Source of the DNA: Candidatus Harpocratesius repetitus
GTDB lineage: Archaea > Asgardarchaeota > Lokiarchaeia > Sigyniarchaeales > Promethearchaeaceae
Assembly: GCA_021498095.1 (NCBI GenBank)
Contig: JAIZWK010000001.1
Location: forward strand, 1,680,001-1,712,000
Direction: 5' to 3'
DNA length: 32,000 nucleotides
Position numbers and translations under genes: made by a program. The notes below the pieces were generated by a model. The model ran no database searches and had not been told where the DNA came from. It saw only the letters and a program-made list of their open reading frames with translations. Below are positions 26,071 to 32,000 of this stretch, piece after piece (positions within the stretch are counted from its first letter, which is position 1; every line of letters starts with the position of its first letter).

Positions 26071-28524
26071 ATGCCATCGACAGATAAAAATCCAAGATTT
26101 AAAAGTAAAAAAGAAATCAGTACGTCGAAAAAAACAAGCGACAAAGAATATACACTTAAACAAAAAATATATGCAAATATCATATCTCCAATTAAATTTT
26201 TTTTTATACGGGTTAGAGAGTTATTTTTAGGGCGAACGGACAAACAACTCACAGGTGACAAGCCTACATATCTTGGAAAAAAAATGATTTTTATTCTATT
26301 AGTTTTTACATTTACATCCTTTATGCTTTTTGCTGAAATGAATACAACTTTATTTGAAAATTCGTTTTTGGTCAATTTATTACAAATTTTAACTTTTAAT
26401 CAACCATATACATTTGGAATTGGATTAAGTTTCACATTTATAGAACTCAGCTTAATTAATTGTAATGATGTTATTCACAAATGGTTTTTCGGAAAATTAT
26501 ATGGCTTAAAGCAATCTCTTTTAATTATAGGGTCATTTACTGGAAATTTCTTTTTTGTACAATTCTTATTAACAAAGTCTATTGATCTATATTCTTTATT
26601 ATTATTATTTGCAGGAGTATGGCTTATTTTTCAGACCATCCGCATTTTTAATGGGGCAAAAACCATTGCGATAAAATCCGAAGCCAAAATATCAGAAAGA
26701 TATTCTCCATTTTTATTTTTCATTGCTTTTCTTACTCCATTTGTAGTCTTAGGATTTTTAGTCTTTCTTTCTTGGGTGTTTAGATATTACATTGTGGTTT
26801 TTACATTAGATTACATTGGTCATCCTGATCATGATCCACAATTAGCTTTACAAATATATGCAAAAGAAATGGGAACAATTATGCCGATGATATATATCGG
26901 AATGTTTTTTGTTTTTGTTATGATGATGGCTCAAATTGTGTTAAGTCGCAAAAAAGGGGCAACAAAACGGGCTGGGGTCTATGATAATTTCACTTTTGGT
27001 TTAATTAGTTTTATTATGTTTTTGTATTCTTTGTACAATATTGCTTTATATCTTTTCTTAGATCCTAAGTTTTTAGAAGGATTTGGAAAAGTTTTAGGAA
27101 GTACTTCACATAGTGCGACTGCATTTCTGGTGGAATTTTTAATAACTATTGTTTTCTTGATTTGGATTGTCATTGATCTTCATAAACAGTTTGAAAAAGG
27201 AATTTTATTTTTTACTAAAGATGGAATGGTATTATTCTTAATGGGAACTATTATTGCGCAGACTACAGCAAGACTTGGAATTGTTTTGGGACATAGTAAT
27301 ATCAACAATTTATTAGCTAATATAATAAAATATGATTATATGGTTCTTCCATGGGTTATTCTACTGTTTTTAGGTGTTACAATTGTCTCCTACTGGATCA
27401 GACCTCAAGAGATGTCAATGTTCCTGCATATGAGTAAATCTGCTGTTCGGGATCAAGATAAAGGTATGGAGAATATTTTACGATTTTTAAAAAGAGAATT
27501 TATTCGGCGTGGTGAAAAATTCGAAATATCACCTGATATAATTAATTCATTAAGGAAAATTACCGCTTATCCTTCTCAAGTCATTTGGTCGTTAATTTAC
27601 AGGTTAAATGATCAGTATATTGATGTACATTTGCAGTTTGAAAAAGACGAGCAAAATAAGAAAATTGTTTATTTTGACTTTCTTCCTATAACCCAGCGAT
27701 ATTCAAAGAGTAAAGAAGCGGAGTATAGGGCTAAAACCTATCTTTCATCCTATTTCGTGCAAAGTCTTCAAAAAAAACCTCGAAGAAAATTATCAGTTGC
27801 TAAAAAGAAGTTATCTTCATCGAAACAAAGTGATGTCTTTATTCAAAGTCTTTCTTTAACATATGCTAAAAAAGTTCAACAAGAAGAAAAAAGAAAGGAA
27901 CAACTTCGTTCTGGAGAACTTTTTGATGAAAAATGGTTAAACCGAGAATTAGATAATGAAACCAAGAGTTTAGTGTATGAAATAGTGAAAAAAGAGTATA
28001 TTCGTCGGATGAAACATATTTCTGATTATCCTAACGAGTATCGATTTCGAATGTCTGATATTGTATCCACAATTGAAAAATCAACCGGTGTTCCCGTTGG
28101 ACGAGTTTTTCCGCTATTATATCAATTAGCTGCAGAAAATTGGAATTTTATGCTTTCAGCTGATTTTATTGATGCAAAACATCCTGATGATCGACTTATT
28201 GAATTTCTTCCTATTGATGATTGGGAATTATATAGTGTTATGCGTGAGTATCGACCTGAATCACTAAGAGAGATTCATGTTCTAATGCAAATATGGTTTG
28301 ATCGAAATATTCATTATAAACGATTAAAATTAGAAAAACTTCCACCATTAGAATATGAAGAAGATGATGCAGAATTCGAAAGATCTTTTCGCTCTAAATG
28401 GTTCGCTCATACTATGCATTATTTTGCCCAAAATTATCATAAAAGACAAGAAGAACAAAATCTTTTAAATCGTACTTCAATTCTCTTGAAGTCTTTAAAA
28501 ATGTTAGGAGTAAATATTGATTGA
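26071..28524 (+). CDS. Polytopic membrane protein (about 10-11 TM) with a large cytoplasmic C-terminus containing a duplicated domain
   Basis: Hydrophobic segments across roughly aa 70-440, then a soluble basic region with two related units (27466-27690, 27961-28215). Confidence 0.85.
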   Translation: MPSTDKNPRFKSKKEISTSKKTSDKEYTLKQKIYANIISPIKFFFIRVRELFLGRTDKQLTGDKPTYLGKKMIFILLVFTFTSFMLFAEMNTTLFENSFLVNLLQILTFNQPYTFGIGLSFTFIELSLINCNDVIHKWFFGKLYGLKQSLLIIGSFTGNFFFVQFLLTKSIDLYSLLLLFAGVWLIFQTIRIFNGAKTIAIKSEAKISERYSPFLFFIAFLTPFVVLGFLVFLSWVFRYYIVVFTLDYIGHPDHDPQLALQIYAKEMGTIMPMIYIGMFFVFVMMMAQIVLSRKKGATKRAGVYDNFTFGLISFIMFLYSLYNIALYLFLDPKFLEGFGKVLGSTSHSATAFLVEFLITIVFLIWIVIDLHKQFEKGILFFTKDGMVLFLMGTIIAQTTARLGIVLGHSNINNLLANIIKYDYMVLPWVILLFLGVTIVSYWIRPQEMSMFLHMSKSAVRDQDKGMENILRFLKREFIRRGEKFEISPDIINSLRKITAYPSQVIWSLIYRLNDQYIDVHLQFEKDEQNKKIVYFDFLPITQRYSKSKEAEYRAKTYLSSYFVQSLQKKPRRKLSVAKKKLSSSKQSDVFIQSLSLTYAKKVQQEEKRKEQLRSGELFDEKWLNRELDNETKSLVYEIVKKEYIRRMKHISDYPNEYRFRMSDIVSTIEKSTGVPVGRVFPLLYQLAAENWNFMLSADFIDAKHPDDRLIEFLPIDDWELYSVMREYRPESLREIHVLMQIWFDRNIHYKRLKLEKLPPLEYEEDDAEFERSFRSKWFAHTMHYFAQNYHKRQEEQNLLNRTSILLKSLKMLGVNID

Positions 28525-29087
28525 TGAATAATAACGGTATTCTTTTTTTAGTGGTAGGTAATAGTGGAAGTGGGAAGGACTCAATTATATCCGGAGTAAA
28601 AAAGCAATGGAGCATTAAAAATCCAAAGTTGATTGTTCCCCGCCGTTATATCACCAGATCTAAGCACCCTTCAGAAAAATTTCATTCAATTTCTAAAGAA
28701 AAATTCACACAATTAAAGGAAAAGGGAAAATTTATTTTTACTTGGCATAGCTATGAGAATGATTATGGAATTCTATCATTGATTCATAAATGGCTGGAAA
28801 TGGGTCAATTCGTTATGGTAAACGTTAGTCGAAAAATTTTGAAAGAAGCAAAACAAAAATATCCTAATTGTAAAATTATTTTTGTTAAAATTCCTTATGA
28901 AATATCAGAAAAACGTATTCGATCTCGAAGAAGAGAAATTGTTGGTAGTGAAATTTATAGAGCTCGGCTAGAACGGGCTAGAAAAAACCTAATTTTAGAA
29001 GATGCTGATTTTATTGTCGACAATTCTACTGATCTTCATAATGCAGTTAAGATGGTTAAAAACTATATAAACAAATTTATTGAATAA
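28524..29087 (+). CDS. phnN: Ribose 1,5-bisphosphate phosphokinase PhnN (guanylate-kinase-like)
   Basis: VVGNSGSGKDS P-loop, RRYITR, W.SY...YGI, VMVNVSR, RIRSRRRE. The ATG overlaps the upstream stop (TGATG), suggesting translational coupling. Confidence 0.8.
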   Translation: MNNNGILFLVVGNSGSGKDSIISGVKKQWSIKNPKLIVPRRYITRSKHPSEKFHSISKEKFTQLKEKGKFIFTWHSYENDYGILSLIHKWLEMGQFVMVNVSRKILKEAKQKYPNCKIIFVKIPYEISEKRIRSRRREIVGSEIYRARLERARKNLILEDADFIVDNSTDLHNAVKMVKNYINKFIE

Positions 29088-29129
29088 CTCATTTTGATAA
29101 AATTCTACAATTCTTTACAAATGGTTAAT

Positions 29130-29702
29130 ATGAAATCAAACATAAGTCTAATAGGATTTAGGTATGCTGGAAAAACTACTTTGGGAAGAGCACTCGCTAA
29201 AAAGTTCCATCTGAATTTTATCGATATAGACGATGAGATAATTAAAACAGCCGGTTTATCTATATCAAAAATTTTTAAGCAAAGGGGAGAAAGATATTTT
29301 CGAGATTTAGAAGAGCAAGTAATTAATAGGGTTTATAATTCTGAAGAGAATGCAATCATTAGTCCTGGTGGAGGTGCTATTCTTTCATCAATAAATCGAA
29401 CGATTATCCAGCAGAATTCATTTACGATTTATCTTAATGTAAAGAAATCTATTCTAATTGATCGTTATTGTCAGTTTCTTTATCAAGAAGATGAATATCG
29501 TCCCAAGTTAAGTCAGTTAACACTGAAAGATGAAGCTTCGCTATTACTTCAACAAAGGCAGAAATGCTATATGGATGTTGCTGATATTGTGATTCCTTTG
29601 AATAATTCTTTAATAGTTCAAAATTTATCTATTATTATTGAAAAATTGTTGGAATTCGGCCCATCATGGTTAAAGAAACGTATAAATTCTATTGAAGAAT
29701 AA
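29130..29702 (+). CDS. aroK: Shikimate kinase, bacterial AroK/AroL (NMP-kinase fold) type
   Basis: LIGFRYAGKTTLG, FIDID, IF...GE.YFRDLE, GGGAIL, RP.L, RQKCY..VAD. Start may be ATG 29121 or 29130 (ORF track gives TTG 29094). Confidence 0.88.
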   Translation: MKSNISLIGFRYAGKTTLGRALAKKFHLNFIDIDDEIIKTAGLSISKIFKQRGERYFRDLEEQVINRVYNSEENAIISPGGGAILSSINRTIIQQNSFTIYLNVKKSILIDRYCQFLYQEDEYRPKLSQLTLKDEASLLLQQRQKCYMDVADIVIPLNNSLIVQNLSIIIEKLLEFGPSWLKKRINSIEE

Positions 29703-29735
29703 TAAAAGGTCAAATATTAAGGAGATTCAAAGAAA

Positions 29736-30206
29736 ATGGAAAATATTATAATAATTCTGTATTACAGTCGGGAAAATCACACAAAAATGCTAGCCAAGCG
29801 ATTTTTAGATATTTTTCGGGAATTTATACCAGAAAATTTCCGTTTAGAAATGTTGGATGCAAAGAATTTAAACGAAATTGATTATGAAAAATTAAAAAAA
29901 AGTGCAGGATTAATAATCGGTTCTCCTGATTATTTTGGATATGTCAGCGGATATATTAAAATATTTTTTGATAATATATATCCAGAACGATTTTTATTCG
30001 AACATAGACCTGTTATTGGATTTATTACTCATGGAGGGGGCGGAAAAGCTGAAAAAAAAATGCAAGAATTATTTTCCTTTCTTAATTTTGATTTTGTCGA
30101 TCCAATTATTTCAGTGAAATTGGATAAAATCACTTCAAAAATTGAAACCCAAATTCAAAAAAACTGCTTGAAAATGCTCAAATTAATTCAAGAAAAGAAG
30201 AAATAA
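29736..30206 (+). CDS. Flavodoxin-family protein (WrbA/FMN-reductase-like)
   Basis: ILYYSRENHTKMLA, LIIGSPDYFGYVSG.IK.FFD, GFITHGGGG; GGAG SD at 29721-29724. Confidence 0.85.
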   Translation: MENIIIILYYSRENHTKMLAKRFLDIFREFIPENFRLEMLDAKNLNEIDYEKLKKSAGLIIGSPDYFGYVSGYIKIFFDNIYPERFLFEHRPVIGFITHGGGGKAEKKMQELFSFLNFDFVDPIISVKLDKITSKIETQIQKNCLKMLKLIQEKKK

Positions 30207-30233
30207 ATTTTTATTTCTTATTGTGTTCTTTTT

Positions 30234-31049
30234 TCACTGATTTCGCTTTTGAATGAGTAAATCAACCATTTCAGAAAATCCTTTACCTGCTTCTTGATTT
30301 GTGATGTATTTTGGCAAATATTTCATATCTTCTTGGAATCTGCGAATATTTGCAACTCCTACTGAATTTGGGAAAAATTCAAACATTGGTTGATCATTAG
30401 GAGAATCACCAATAAAAAGAGCTTTATGCAAATTTATTGTGAGATCCAATTTGAGTAATTCTCTACTTAGCCTTTGAGTCATCTTTAACTTGTTAAAATC
30501 TCCAAACCATCCATTTACATGGATGCTACTCACCTTTGTTGTTGCACCAAATTTATGAAAAATCTTTTCGATCTGGTTGATTTGTTCTTTCGAATGAGGT
30601 GGTACATCTTCACAAAAATCAACTGCCATATCAAACAAACGATATGGTTGATCTGAAGCTAATGCAAGTGTTGATATTTGATTGAAGATTTCTTCTTTAA
30701 TCTTTTCAAATTTGTGGCGATTCTCCTCAATTTCTTGCTTTGATTGGTAAAAAATCATGCGAAGTTTTGATGGATTCACAGAATCATCTAAATATGCATA
30801 TAATGCACCATTTTCACCTACAACCCCTTTAACCGGCCAAAGTCTGGCAATTTGATCTACCCATCCTGCACATCTCCCAGTAATTGGCACAACATAAATT
30901 CCCTCTTTTTTCAATCTCCAAAGTGCCTTATATGTTTCTGCTAATAGTTTTCCATGAAAAGTCAATGTATCATCAATATCACAAAAAACAACTGAGATTT
31001 GACGACATGTAGAAGAAGGAATTTCTGAAAAGGGAATAAAGGTTTCCAT
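30234..31049 (-). CDS. HAD-superfamily subfamily IIB hydrolase (Cof-like phosphatase)
   Basis: Motif I FCDIDDTLT, motif II ITGR, ENGA, motif III K, motif IV IGDSPND. Confidence 0.92.
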   Translation of the reverse strand: METFIPFSEIPSSTCRQISVVFCDIDDTLTFHGKLLAETYKALWRLKKEGIYVVPITGRCAGWVDQIARLWPVKGVVGENGALYAYLDDSVNPSKLRMIFYQSKQEIEENRHKFEKIKEEIFNQISTLALASDQPYRLFDMAVDFCEDVPPHSKEQINQIEKIFHKFGATTKVSSIHVNGWFGDFNKLKMTQRLSRELLKLDLTINLHKALFIGDSPNDQPMFEFFPNSVGVANIRRFQEDMKYLPKYITNQEAGKGFSEMVDLLIQKRNQ

Positions 31050-31120
31050 ATGATCAAGTGAAATTTTTATCTAATAATAAAATTTTTCAATTGAAATTAA
31101 AAAAAAAAAGCTTATTTTCA

Positions 31121-31942
31121 TTAGCGCCTTTTCCTTTTCTTTTTATCTATTTTTACAACAGATACATCTACTTTATAACGATGTTGTGCAATTTGGAGAA
31201 GCAATTCAAACATATTATCTTCTACATTAGGATAATATTTTTGAAATTCAGTTAAAGCATCATCAAACGATATTTTCGACCAATTCTTTAAAAGCTCGAT
31301 TAGTGCTTCGCTCATATCAAAAAGCTGTTGAAATTCTTGCTGTAAAATCAAAACTTGTGATTCATCATCGATAATATCTAATGCTTTTTTAATTAATTCT
31401 TTTTCATAATCCAATTCAATATAGCGCCAAGGTGTATTTTCAATAAAACCTTCAGTTGTAATAACAAAAGTATCATAGGTTGGCTTTTTCTTATATTCTA
31501 AATCATAATACCATGAAAAAAGAAATGGATTTTGGTATTTTTTTGGAATAAATTGAGCGAAAAAGCGATTATAAATCGGAGCAAGGTTTTTATGTTCGTA
31601 TTTTGTATGCAGTAATGTAATTGGCATATTAATAATAACTGCATGCAATATATTTTGAACGCAATAATCTCCGTATTTTTTAAGAAGATCACGGAGATAA
31701 ACTTTTTCTTTATTTTTTTCAATTTCTTCCAAATTTAGGGATAAATCTAATTTTTCATATCCTGCATTATTTCCAGATTTGCTAAAGAAAGCAAGAAAAC
31801 GATGTTCGCAACATATCCCTTCATCTATTTGTATCTTGATCAATCCAACTTTCTTGGTTTCGAATAAACTTGAAGGAACTTCTATATCTTTTTCTTTCGA
31901 ACATTCAGGACATATAATATGTACTTTCTTAGTTCCGCTCAT
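31121..31942 (-). CDS. Hypothetical protein with N-terminal zinc-binding domain (CPxC...CxH) and helical, possibly DENN-like, C-terminal part
   Basis: ICPECSKEKDIEVP...GLIKIQI..GICCEHRF...GYEKLD. The frame is also open upstream to the window edge, so the start is not certain. Confidence 0.78.
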   Translation of the reverse strand: MSGTKKVHIICPECSKEKDIEVPSSLFETKKVGLIKIQIDEGICCEHRFLAFFSKSGNNAGYEKLDLSLNLEEIEKNKEKVYLRDLLKKYGDYCVQNILHAVIINMPITLLHTKYEHKNLAPIYNRFFAQFIPKKYQNPFLFSWYYDLEYKKKPTYDTFVITTEGFIENTPWRYIELDYEKELIKKALDIIDDESQVLILQQEFQQLFDMSEALIELLKNWSKISFDDALTEFQKYYPNVEDNMFELLLQIAQHRYKVDVSVVKIDKKKRKRR

Positions 31943-32000
31943 TAATTCATTCTCAAATTTCTTCCATATTTGAATTTTTTCATTTTGTTTAACAAATGAT

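Noticed and set aside
1203-31973. Short ORFs nested in or antisense to long genes (e.g. 1203-1406, 1586-1777, 2764-3117, 4386-4661, 6300-6491, 10086-10322, 11541-11810, 21790-22023, 23438-23815, 26016-26375, 31058-31255, 31779-31973)
   Set aside because: Shadow frames of well-supported genes, with biased composition and no motifs.
31943-32000. Possible N-terminal extension of the last gene, or the 3' end of an upstream gene coupled by TAATG
   Set aside because: Two frames are open to the window edge, and 58 nt cannot distinguish them.
1-32000. CRISPR arrays, rRNA, SRP or RNase P RNA, integrase or provirus genes
   Set aside because: No repeat-spacer structure or viral hallmark ORFs seen; the only GC-rich non-coding segment is explained by the tRNA.

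Overview
AT-rich (roughly 30% GC by eye) chromosomal window of an archaeon, most likely an Asgard archaeon of the Lokiarchaeia. This is inferred from an IPGY-type C-terminal sorting signal, W..L.DG...D.AGN Ig-like repeats, a CPxC..CxH zinc-finger family, BHB-intron tRNA and archaeal-type DnaK. From left to right it contains: a truncated Gfo/Idh/MocA oxidoreductase, a 1664-aa surface S8 protease, and a complete DDE insertion sequence (6059-7613; 19-bp TIRs, 7-bp TSD). Next come a TPR + longin/uDENN-like protein, a membrane-anchored FKBP, two hypotheticals and an orphan Eco57I-like adenine methyltransferase. These are followed by a tRNA-Gly(GCC) with two BHB introns (missed by the ORF track), a single-pass Ig-repeat protein with a triple-wHTH regulator, and a complete IS1634 (18498-20556) inserted 2 bp after the dnaJ stop. 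Then come dnaJ and dnaK (no adjacent grpE), a 21-bp palindrome in the dnaK promoter facing a small wHTH-like + TPR gene pair, and a YkgJ-wHTH fusion. The window ends with a membrane protein-phnN-aroK-flavodoxin cluster, a HAD-IIB hydrolase and a Zn-finger/DENN-like protein. Best candidates for new biology: a possible heat-shock regulatory module (operator ATGACAAC-N5-GTTGTCAT plus divergent wHTH), the doubly interrupted tRNA, the receptor-like/triple-wHTH pair and two longin/DENN-like fusions. No CRISPR array or rRNA was seen. Family assignments rest on motif recognition only; no searches were run.
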